Assembly (NCBI GenBank): GCA_963806185.1
Contig: CAWDXE010000001.1
Location: 576,001-640,000, forward strand
Source of the DNA: an uncultured candidate division Zixibacteria bacterium
GTDB taxonomy: Bacteria > Zixibacteria > MSB-5A5 > GN15 > FEB-12
Length of the DNA stretch: 64,000 nt
Direction of reading: 5' to 3'
In this document: positions 41,582 through 49,827 of the stretch, piece after piece
Numbering within the stretch: position 1 is the first letter of the stretch
How the letters are laid out: every line of letters starts with the position of its first letter
Position numbers and translations under genes: made by a program
The notes under the pieces: generated by a model
The model's database searches: none
The model's input: only the letters and a program-made list of their open reading frames with translations
Told to the model about the DNA's origin: nothing

Positions 41582-42984
41582 GACAGGCCAAGCGTGCTCA
41601 AAAGTCCGGCGCTTTTCTGTTCGATCTCGCGCCATTCGCCTTCGATAGTCGAACCCGCGACTATTCCGGCCCCGGCGAAAAGGGACAAGCGATTTCCGTG
41701 GATCAGACCCGAGCGGATACCCACCGCAAACTCCGACGAATACGGACCAATCCAGCCGATTGGGCCGGAATACCAGCCGCGATCAAACGGTTCGAGAGTA
41801 CCAATGAGCTCGAGCGCTTTCAATCGGGGTGTCCCACCGACGGCCGGTGTCGGGTGAAGCGCCTCGAGCACATCGCCATTCCTCATTCCTTCACGGAGTT
41901 TCCCGCTATACTGACAGCGCAAATGCTGTAATGTAGCCAGACTGAGTATCGACGCCTGACGATCGTGGGTGACATAGTCACATACACAAGACAGCGCACT
42001 CTCAACCGTAGCGCTGACATATTCAAACTCGCGTTGGTCTTTCGACGACTCCGTCAGCTCGACCCTCAACGCCAGGTCCTCCTGCTCGGTAGCACCGCGC
42101 GGGCGAGTGCCGGCGACAGCCTCGGATTCAACCACACCATTTCGCAACGCATACAATCGCTCCGGCGATGACCCAATGAAACAATTGTCGGGTGCAACCT
42201 GGATCGCCCAGAGGTAGCTGTCGGCAATTGTCTCGCCCCACCGTCGCATCAATGACCAGTGATCAATGGCGTCGGTGAACTCAAGCTCCATCCGGCGTGC
42301 CATGACAATCTTCTCAATCTGACCGGTTTCGATGGCGTCCATGGCCCCGGCCATCATTCGGCCCCAGACTTCGCGCGATGGTGAGAGCGAACGGCTGATC
42401 GCTCGCAACGAACCCTCCGGCTCACGGTCGACGTCAAAGCGAAGCTCCTGCAACTGATCGAGGATCTCAAATCTCCGGTCGCGGTCGGTGCCGTCGGTCA
42501 AAAGATTGCAGACGAGCTGAGCATCCGTGCCGTCAGCAATGAGTTCGAATCTCGGAAGAAAAAACAGGCCGTTGCCAAAGGCCCCCCAACTACGGTCCCG
42601 TTCGCGCCCGGCGTAGGTCTGGTCGAAACGAATGCCGCCATACCAGCGAAGATCAGGATAGACGGGATTCAATTCCGAGTCCACGCACCGCAGGAAACCC
42701 CGGACGGATTCTCCGGCACCGAGTATTTTGGTAGCTGCCGCACCAACACCGGCCATTGATCGCCGACCCTCCCGATCGCGCCAGAAGATCTTCTCCCGCT
42801 GTATCTGTTCCCCTACCCAGACCAGCGGATCGAACGGTTCTATTGGGACAGAAAGGCGAACGCTGTGACTCGGCTGGCAGGATTCGGGGTGCTCCATGAC
42901 ATCGAAGGCGGATTGAATCAGACGTCCCAGTTGCGCGACCGCTTCCTCACACGCGAGTAATGATCTCGAGTCGACACTGCTCAC
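41578..42984 (-). CDS. menF: Isochorismate synthase
   Basis: KIVMAR, GSSPERL, EAVAGT, LHPTPAVGG, RGWYSG and AGAGIV. Confidence 0.92.
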   Translation of the reverse strand: MSSVDSRSLLACEEAVAQLGRLIQSAFDVMEHPESCQPSHSVRLSVPIEPFDPLVWVGEQIQREKIFWRDREGRRSMAGVGAAATKILGAGESVRGFLRCVDSELNPVYPDLRWYGGIRFDQTYAGRERDRSWGAFGNGLFFLPRFELIADGTDAQLVCNLLTDGTDRDRRFEILDQLQELRFDVDREPEGSLRAISRSLSPSREVWGRMMAGAMDAIETGQIEKIVMARRMELEFTDAIDHWSLMRRWGETIADSYLWAIQVAPDNCFIGSSPERLYALRNGVVESEAVAGTRPRGATEQEDLALRVELTESSKDQREFEYVSATVESALSCVCDYVTHDRQASILSLATLQHLRCQYSGKLREGMRNGDVLEALHPTPAVGGTPRLKALELIGTLEPFDRGWYSGPIGWIGPYSSEFAVGIRSGLIHGNRLSLFAGAGIVAGSTIEGEWREIEQKSAGLLSTLGLS

Positions 42985-43724
42985 GACTTGTCTCCCTCAT
43001 ATATCGTGGCTATGCCGAACGTAAGGGGATGCGAAACAACGTTCGCAAAACCGGCGTCGCGCAAAAGACCGCAAAAGGCATCGCCGTAGGGAAATGTCTC
43101 CACGGTCCGGTTGAGATAGGCGTAAGCTTCCTTGTCGCCGGAAATGAGAGATCCCAAGCGCGGGAGAATGTGACGAAAATAGGCGAGATACGCTGCCCGG
43201 ATCACCGGATTCGCGGGAAGAGAAAACTCAAGAATCAACGTTCGGCCGCCCGGACACAGCACCCGATAAATCTCCCGCAAGGTACGCTGAACGTCGGTGA
43301 CATTGCGAATCCCGAAGGTCATCGAGGCTACATCATATGTATTCTTATCAAACGGCAATGTCTCAGCATCGCCACGCACAAGTGAAAGCGAACCGGACAA
43401 ACCGCGGTCGGTGATTTTACGACGACCGATTTCCAGCATTTCACCGGCCAGATCAATTCCCACGCCGCTTTTCAATCGTCCGCTGTCATACAGTGCCAGT
43501 AGTTGGTCGGCCGTACCACTGGCCAGATCCAGCGCCACAAGATTCGAGCGATCCGGTAGAAACGTGGCGAGTTTCCGACGCCAGGCTTTGTCCCGGTTGG
43601 CAGATAGAAAATGATTCAGAAAATCATAACGTTTCGCAATACGGTCGAACATCCCGGGCGCCTCAAGACGCGAGGGGTCACCGTTCGGTCGCGAACTCTC
43701 CTGAACCATACTCTTCATTGCCAC
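42981..43724 (-). CDS. menG: Demethylmenaquinone methyltransferase
   Basis: MFDRIAKRYDFLN, LDLASGT, FGIRNV and AYAYL..TVETFP (UbiE/MenG family). Confidence 0.93.
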   Translation of the reverse strand: MAMKSMVQESSRPNGDPSRLEAPGMFDRIAKRYDFLNHFLSANRDKAWRRKLATFLPDRSNLVALDLASGTADQLLALYDSGRLKSGVGIDLAGEMLEIGRRKITDRGLSGSLSLVRGDAETLPFDKNTYDVASMTFGIRNVTDVQRTLREIYRVLCPGGRTLILEFSLPANPVIRAAYLAYFRHILPRLGSLISGDKEAYAYLNRTVETFPYGDAFCGLLRDAGFANVVSHPLTFGIATIYEGDKS

Positions 43725-43889
43725 TTGCCCACTCGAACTTTCACCTGCAATTCGGTCAAATATACGCCACTACGGGCCGGTTGTACAGCCCCGCTAAGCG
43801 ATTTTGGGGCCGAGACTTACCGCTGCCGAATCAATCTCAACCACCAACCCGATCAGATTTTCGCGCAACAAACACCCGGCCCAGGCGTA

Positions 43890-43915
43890 ATAGTAGTATG
43901 TTGTGCTACTACTAT
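43890..43915. promoter_or_regulatory. Palindromic operator candidate upstream of the TrmB-family gene
   Basis: ATAGTAGTA-N8-TACTACTAT, directly abutting the GGAG RBS. Confidence 0.65.
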
Positions 43916-43926
43916 GGAGCAACTCG

Positions 43927-44817
43927 ATGAATCATGCAACTACTGTGACTTTGCTTGAGCAGATGGGGCTGACCCCGCTCGAAGCGCAGGTCTATATCCA
44001 CCTCCTCCAATCACCGCCGGCCACCGGCTACGGAATAGCCAAAGCGATCGGGAAGCCGACGGCGAATACCTACAAGGCCATCGATTCACTGACCGCCAAG
44101 GGCGCGATTCTGGCCGATGACGCCCCGACTCGTCAGTATCGAGCGACCCCGGTATCCGATTTTCTCAGTTCCTATGGAGAACGGCAGAAAAAACTCGGGG
44201 AGCGTGTCAGTCTGGCGCTGACGGGTATCGAGCGCACGTGGAGTGACGACCGGGTATACCAGCTTTCGACAGTGGATCAGGTAATGCAGGGATGTCGCCG
44301 CATGATCAAAGATGCCAAGCGGGTCATACTCTTTGACCTCTTTCCCAAACCGATGGCGGACCTCGGTGGGGATCTTGAGCGTGCGGCAAAGCGGGGAGTG
44401 CAGGTCGTGGTGAAAATCTACTCTCCTGTAATTCTCAAGCGAGTCGACGTCCTCCTCCCTGATGATCCTGAGGTGGTGCTGTCGCGCTGGCCGGGACAGT
44501 GGGTCAACGGTGTTGTCGATGGCCGGGAACACCAGTTGGCCTTCCTTTCACAAGATATGACCAGAGTATATCAGGCGATTTGGAGCACAAGCGAATACCT
44601 CTCCTGGATGTATCACAACGGCATCGCCTCCGAGTTCGTCCACACAGCCATTGGCGCGGTACTTCGGAGCGGCGGTTCCGTTGACGATATCGCCGAAGTC
44701 TATGAAAAATATCGCGGTTTGCTCACTATGGACGCTCCCGGATACGCGTCGCTCATGCGCCGATTCGGCGCCGGTGCTTCCGCTACAAACAGCCACAAGA
44801 AGACTCGTCACAAATAG
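43927..44817 (+). CDS. TrmB-family transcriptional regulator
   Basis: LEQMGLTPLEAQVYIHLL...ATGYGIAK..GKP..NTYKAIDSL..KG HTH, followed by a TrmB-like effector domain. Confidence 0.88.
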   Translation: MNHATTVTLLEQMGLTPLEAQVYIHLLQSPPATGYGIAKAIGKPTANTYKAIDSLTAKGAILADDAPTRQYRATPVSDFLSSYGERQKKLGERVSLALTGIERTWSDDRVYQLSTVDQVMQGCRRMIKDAKRVILFDLFPKPMADLGGDLERAAKRGVQVVVKIYSPVILKRVDVLLPDDPEVVLSRWPGQWVNGVVDGREHQLAFLSQDMTRVYQAIWSTSEYLSWMYHNGIASEFVHTAIGAVLRSGGSVDDIAEVYEKYRGLLTMDAPGYASLMRRFGAGASATNSHKKTRHK

Positions 44818-44826
44818 GAGAAGAAT

Positions 44827-46710
44827 ATGGAAACGTTACGGTCAGTATTCAAGGCGATCGTGCTATCCCTGGCCATCACCCTGGGATGCGCTATGACTGG
44901 AGGTGCTCAGGTGCTCAGCGTAGACCAGGTGCTGGATAGGTGGGCGCAGGCCCTCGGGGGGAGAGAAAAGTTGGCGGCGCAGAAAAGTATCCACACGCTG
45001 CTGCAAGTAAAGACCTCCGGTCTCACAGGCACTATGGATGATTACTGGTCAATCGACGGCCGCAGTGCATACTATCTCTCGCTGGCCAACGGCGCGGTCA
45101 AGATCAGCGGCGGCTGTGCTGCTGATGCCTGCTGGCAGAAGGACATGAACGGTCAGATTCGGCCGCTGGCAGGGGCCGACTTGCAAGGCGCTAATACCGG
45201 AAAGTATCTGGCCAACTGTGCCCAGTTCTTTCCCGATCGCGCCGCAGGTCAGGTCACTCTCATCAAGTCAAACAAGCCAAGCGAAGTCGCCGTTCTCATC
45301 GCCCCTGAAGGCGGCCAGGCAGTGACCTACTTTCTAGATAAAAAGACCTACCTGCCGATTCGTTCGGAGTCGCAGGCTGACGATCGTGTTCAAACCACCT
45401 GGTATCGCGATTGGCGGTCGGTCGATGGGATGCAAGTCTCCTTCCAAGTGCAACAGGGATTTGGCGACACTCTTCGCGACATGTTCCTGAGCGTACAGCA
45501 GGTCGAATCAAACACGGTCATCCCCGATTCCCTGCTGGCCGCGCCGACAAATCGCGTCAGAGACTACACGTTCGCAAAAGGGACGGAAGCCAGGGACATA
45601 CCCTTCGAGCTGGTGAACAACCACATCTATGTCCCCGTACAGGTCAACGGATCGCGCAAACTCTGGTTCATTTTCGATAGCGGCGCCGAAATGTCATGCA
45701 TCAATGATCGCGTGGCCAAGGAACTGGGCGTCAATACATCGGGTGACCTCGAAGGGCGCGGCGTGGGTGAGAAATCGGTGTCGGTCGCGCTTGCTCAGGG
45801 TTTGACGTACGAATTGCCGGGCGTAACCGTGGCTAACCAAATTGCGGCCGTCATACCCTTTGCCCAACTTGAACCTATCGAGGGGCGTGCGATCGACGGC
45901 GTGCTTGGTTATGATTTCCTCAGCCGATTCGTGGTTGAGATCCGCTATGACCGGAATTCGATCTCCCTCTATGAACCCTCTACCTTCGCCTATCACGGTC
46001 AGGCTGCCCCGATCAGCTTCGAGTTAGAGGGGAGTCTTCCCATCGTGCCTTTGGAGGTTACGGTGGCCGGCTGTCCGCCGCTGAAGGGCCGGTTCTTGAT
46101 GGACACCGGTATGCGCAGCGCGATTTCAATCAGCAGCCCAACCGTGCGCGCCAACAATCTGATGGCGTGTGTCACCAAGTCCATTGAAGTACAGCGTTAC
46201 GGGGGAGTCGGCGGCCAGAGCAAAGCAAACGTGTCACGAGCTTCGTCAGTCGTGATCGGCGGCCAGACCATCAAGAACCTGGTGGTTGAACTCTCACTGG
46301 ACACCCTGGGCGCTGCCGCTTCCACGCAGCAAAACGGTTCCTTTGGCGGCGAAATCCTACGCCGATTTGCCGTCACCTTTGATTACCGGAAGCATGAGTT
46401 GTATCTCGAGCCAAACGGCAATCTGTCTGACCCCGACGAATACACCATGGTTGGACTGCAACTCGGGCTCGGCGAGAATATGAAGGATGAAATCAGAATC
46501 ATGAGTGTGATACCAACGTCGCCGGCAGATAAGGCCGGTCTGCAGGTTGGCGATATTATTCAATCGTTAGACGGCAAAGCGCTGGCCGGCTTGAAACTTC
46601 GAGAAGTGTATGACCTTCTCAAGGGTGAACCGAAGACCAAAGTGAAAGTTACATTTCTGCGCGGTACTGTCGCGAAGAACACCACCGTCACTCTCGCTCG
46701 TCTTATCTGA
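44827..46710 (+). CDS. Exported protein: LolA-like N-terminal domain, two retropepsin-like aspartyl protease domains and a C-terminal PDZ
   Basis: Signal peptide, FIFDSGA, GVLGYDFL, FLMDTG and SPADKAGLQVGDII (PDZ). Confidence 0.85.
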   Translation: METLRSVFKAIVLSLAITLGCAMTGGAQVLSVDQVLDRWAQALGGREKLAAQKSIHTLLQVKTSGLTGTMDDYWSIDGRSAYYLSLANGAVKISGGCAADACWQKDMNGQIRPLAGADLQGANTGKYLANCAQFFPDRAAGQVTLIKSNKPSEVAVLIAPEGGQAVTYFLDKKTYLPIRSESQADDRVQTTWYRDWRSVDGMQVSFQVQQGFGDTLRDMFLSVQQVESNTVIPDSLLAAPTNRVRDYTFAKGTEARDIPFELVNNHIYVPVQVNGSRKLWFIFDSGAEMSCINDRVAKELGVNTSGDLEGRGVGEKSVSVALAQGLTYELPGVTVANQIAAVIPFAQLEPIEGRAIDGVLGYDFLSRFVVEIRYDRNSISLYEPSTFAYHGQAAPISFELEGSLPIVPLEVTVAGCPPLKGRFLMDTGMRSAISISSPTVRANNLMACVTKSIEVQRYGGVGGQSKANVSRASSVVIGGQTIKNLVVELSLDTLGAAASTQQNGSFGGEILRRFAVTFDYRKHELYLEPNGNLSDPDEYTMVGLQLGLGENMKDEIRIMSVIPTSPADKAGLQVGDIIQSLDGKALAGLKLREVYDLLKGEPKTKVKVTFLRGTVAKNTTVTLARLI

Positions 46711-46782
46711 GTGGTGAAGGTATCATCAGATGTGAAGTGGAAATAACCTTGGTCGTAACGTGCGAGCAGGGCTGGACTCTCA

Positions 46783-46821
46783 GAAAAGAAAAACCCCTTG
46801 GGCCGAGGCTCAAGGGGTTTT
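46783..46821. terminator. Intrinsic bidirectional terminator
   Basis: AAAACCCCTTG...CAAGGGGTTTT with a long U-tract on the minus strand. Confidence 0.85.
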
Positions 46822-46844
46822 GACTTTCTCAGACGCCGGTAAAA

Positions 46845-47030
46845 TCAGGCGTACACTTCTTTTTCGTTGCACTTGCAGACGCCGGTATTGAGCGAGCGGA
46901 ATTTCCACCCGCCTTCGGCCTTCACCGCCTTGACGTGGCGGATGTAGGTAATTTCACCGGAGCAGACCGGGCAAGTCGGGTGCATTGCCTTCTTACTGGT
47001 CTTATCAAGGAAGCTCTGTTTCTTTGCCAT
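46845..47030 (-). CDS. Small basic Cys4 protein, DUF4295/bL38-like
   Basis: MAKKQSF...CPVC...HVKAVKAEGGWKF...CKC, GAGG RBS, followed by a strong terminator. Confidence 0.6.
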   Translation of the reverse strand: MAKKQSFLDKTSKKAMHPTCPVCSGEITYIRHVKAVKAEGGWKFRSLNTGVCKCNEKEVYA

Positions 47031-47265
47031 ACGGTAATACCTCTTCTATTTCAATCTTCTCATTTACCTCGGTTTGCGAAACCAACTCTTCCTTAACAGC
47101 AACCAGTAGCCGAGTGGTTTCCTGCAACAGGGCAAATTCGGCGTTATCCGCAAAAAAAGGTGCGGCTTTCTCAAAATAGGCCAGCGCGGAGCGGAAGTTC
47201 TTCTGCCGCAACGCCACCAAGGCCAAGTAATACGCCTTTTCCGATGCGTTAAGCACGGGCTTCAC
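47005..47265 (-). CDS. Small TPR-like hypothetical protein
   Basis: AYYLALVALRQKNFRSALAYFEKA resembles one TPR. Overlaps both neighbours. Confidence 0.6.
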   Translation of the reverse strand: MKPVLNASEKAYYLALVALRQKNFRSALAYFEKAAPFFADNAEFALLQETTRLLVAVKEELVSQTEVNEKIEIEEVLPYGKETELP

Positions 47266-47959
47266 CCTCCCGCTGGGCCGCCTCGGCGGCTTTCAGCCTC
47301 TTAACGTACGGTTCGACTTTGTACCCTCGTTGCTTGAGGTAATATATAATTGTGGCCGACAAAAGCAAGGCATCCCGTCGATCTTGAAGCTCGGCCGCCC
47401 GGAGACTCTCATCCAGAGCACTCAAAATGTGAACCCGATTCCGGGAATAGTCGTCAAACAGCGATGAAAGCTGCGTTAAGACGTTACGGAATAAAGAGAT
47501 AGTGTCCGTTTCCGGCTCTGCCGGTGGAACCGTCAAACCTTCCGACCCCCGCTTCAATACTAGTTTGGCAACCGGCTCGGCTGGTTTGCTTGGCTTGACT
47601 GGCTCCGGGTTATCACCGCTTCGGGCCTGCCAGCGGTCGATTTCCCGAGAGATTTTGTTTATGGCCGGGGACGATTCTTCGGATACACGCAATTCCCGGC
47701 GTATCTCGCCAAGGATGGTCCGAATCCGGTTTTGCTCGGCTGGACGAAGACTCTGCGTATGCAGCCAGTCAGAGTGCTTGGCGAACCACATCCCCATTTC
47801 GTCGGTCAATTCATTCCCCTGCTCCACACCTCGGGCAATGTCATCAAGTCGATTGATTCCATCCAGAACTCGTAGCCGTTCGGATTTCACCTGGACGGCG
47901 CGCTCGAGGAAGGATTCGAGGACCTGTTCCAGTTTGCGGAGAGTGGTGGCGTCGGTCAC
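47249..47959 (-). CDS. Hypothetical helical protein
   Basis: 236-aa ORF coupled to the DUF4388 gene by a GTGA overlap. Confidence 0.7.
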   Translation of the reverse strand: MTDATTLRKLEQVLESFLERAVQVKSERLRVLDGINRLDDIARGVEQGNELTDEMGMWFAKHSDWLHTQSLRPAEQNRIRTILGEIRRELRVSEESSPAINKISREIDRWQARSGDNPEPVKPSKPAEPVAKLVLKRGSEGLTVPPAEPETDTISLFRNVLTQLSSLFDDYSRNRVHILSALDESLRAAELQDRRDALLLSATIIYYLKQRGYKVEPYVKRLKAAEAAQREGEARA

Positions 47960-48825
47960 TGCGATTCTCCAATATAGGTCTTGGTGATCTGGCGCACGGC
48001 CGGCCGCGTACCCGACTTGGCGGTCAGGTAATCTTCAAAAAGCCCGGCTAGGCGATTGACCATGGTATCGAGATTGGACGACGTCGGACTTGGCCGTGTT
48101 ACCGGTTTGTCCGAGAGGACGATGAGCCCGGCCAGTTTCAGTTCGGCCATATGCCTGAGTGTTTCCTCGCGGCCCATGGTGGAAACAGTGCAGATCTCTT
48201 CGATCGAGCGCAGTCCGTTGACCAGCGCCATCGTATTCCACTCCGACGCCTCCATGGTGACTGCGCGCTTGCGACCGGAGAATGAATTCGAGATCACGTA
48301 GACGGCGTGCGGATCCGGCAGTGCCTCCTTGATCAGGTTCTGTTCGTCGAGCCGGCGGAGTCCTTCGAGGATTACATTTTCCACCGACAGCCGGACGGTG
48401 ATTTCCTCGTCGGTCGGAAACTGATTCTCATAGAACTTGAACGAGCCGTTTTGCCATGAAAGGAGCGAGAAGAGCAGTTCCTCCACCTGGTGCTGGATCA
48501 CCTTTTGCAGATCGGCGCGATCGATGAATCCTTTGTTGACGAGGATCTCGCCAAGCCGCCGTGAGTTTTCCGTTCTTGCTTGTGTGTTGACGGCCTCTTC
48601 CAGTTGTGTAGCGGTGAGGAGGCCCCGTTCTTTCAGCAATTGACCGAGATGGAAAGTCTGGCGCGGGCCGTAGCCATAGACAATATCGCCGCGATCGAAG
48701 TAGACCATGACAATGGAATCGTCCCTCTGAATGCCGAGAGTTCCGGATTTGCGGCTGGCCGCTATGAGCTGGAAAATTTCCGGCAGGGTAAATTTCTCTA
48801 TATTCCCTTGTAGATCGAGATCCAT
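47956..48825 (-). CDS. DUF4388 (PatA-N-like) protein with tandem MshEN-type motifs
   Basis: LQGNIEKFTLPEIFQLI...KSGTL, HLGQLLKERGLL...QLEEAVNTQ, RLGEILVNKGFI...LQKVIQHQ and WQNGSFKF. Confidence 0.85.
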   Translation of the reverse strand: MDLDLQGNIEKFTLPEIFQLIAASRKSGTLGIQRDDSIVMVYFDRGDIVYGYGPRQTFHLGQLLKERGLLTATQLEEAVNTQARTENSRRLGEILVNKGFIDRADLQKVIQHQVEELLFSLLSWQNGSFKFYENQFPTDEEITVRLSVENVILEGLRRLDEQNLIKEALPDPHAVYVISNSFSGRKRAVTMEASEWNTMALVNGLRSIEEICTVSTMGREETLRHMAELKLAGLIVLSDKPVTRPSPTSSNLDTMVNRLAGLFEDYLTAKSGTRPAVRQITKTYIGESQ

Positions 48826-48963
48826 ACTGTGCTTTCCGATGGCAGGTTCGGCCTGGCGGCTGCGCTCCGCGGAGCAGTCGCACTGCGGTCGTGATTATTA
48901 ATTGTGACCGGACTGAAACCTGAAATGTTCTAACAGGTTACCGCCCAACAATCACTCCCCCCA

Positions 48964-48992
48964 AACTTATGGCCTCACCTCTGTTCCGTCAA
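48964..48992 (-). promoter_or_regulatory. Promoter of the DUF4388 operon
   Basis: TTGACG, 17 nt, TAAGTT on the minus strand. Confidence 0.55.
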
Positions 48993-49129
48993 CGGGGATT
49001 TTCGGAAATTTGCCGAAAGTCTTAGAAAAGAGACCGTTCGGGTTCGTACGGTAGCCGATTCGCCGTTTTTTTGTAGCCTGATTTGCTCGCCCAGCCTACG
49101 TTTGGCATGGGATCGAGGACGATGGACTG

Positions 49130-49786
49130 ATGAGTACGCTCTACAACACGATTCGTGTCATCAAGATCGAACCGCTGGGTCTGGACTATCGAGTGACGAT
49201 ATCCAGTCTCGACCGTTTGTTGATTATTCCCGGCGAGCTGCTGCACGAATACCGTCTTAAGGAAGGCATCGTTCTCACGACTCAACAGCTCGACGTTCTT
49301 CTGCGCGAGGCCGAACTCGCCGCCTGCGAGCGGCAGGCCATGCGATATCTCGCTCTGCGCGATCGGGCGGAAGGCGAGTTACGCATGAAGCTCCGCGACA
49401 AGCGCTTCGGTAACGAGGCGATCGACACCGTCATCAAGAGGTTTCATCAAAAGGGGTTGATCGACGACGCCCGCGTGGCTTTCCTGCTGCTCAAACAGGT
49501 TCTGGACAAGAATCCGGCCGGCCGCAGTTTTCTCATCGCTTACCTCCGCAAGAAATATATCGAGCAGCACCTCGCCGAGCAGACGGTCGACCTGGCCCTG
49601 GTCGATCGCGACGAACTGGATATCGCCGTCGAAATGCTCCAAAGCCGCTGGATCCGATTCAGCAAGTTTGACCTTGAGGATGCCCGCCGTAAGGCCTATT
49701 ATTACCTGTCACGGAGAGGGGTTGGGTTCAACGCCGCGAAAGAGGCGTTCGACCGTGTGTACAACCAGCAGAAACACGAGGCGTGA
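49130..49786 (+). CDS. recX: Regulatory protein RecX
   Basis: AMRYLALRDRAEGELRMKL, GLIDDAR and YLSRRG; recX-alaS synteny. Confidence 0.88.
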   Translation: MSTLYNTIRVIKIEPLGLDYRVTISSLDRLLIIPGELLHEYRLKEGIVLTTQQLDVLLREAELAACERQAMRYLALRDRAEGELRMKLRDKRFGNEAIDTVIKRFHQKGLIDDARVAFLLLKQVLDKNPAGRSFLIAYLRKKYIEQHLAEQTVDLALVDRDELDIAVEMLQSRWIRFSKFDLEDARRKAYYYLSRRGVGFNAAKEAFDRVYNQQKHEA

Positions 49787-49827
49787 GCCTCTGACAGTGT
49801 AACATTTTAGGTACTTCAGTCTTCACC

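Noticed and set aside
48826..48960. c-di-GMP riboswitch in the DUF4388 leader
   Set aside because: I could not find the conserved GEMM-type elements by eye. An Infernal scan would be needed to exclude it fully.
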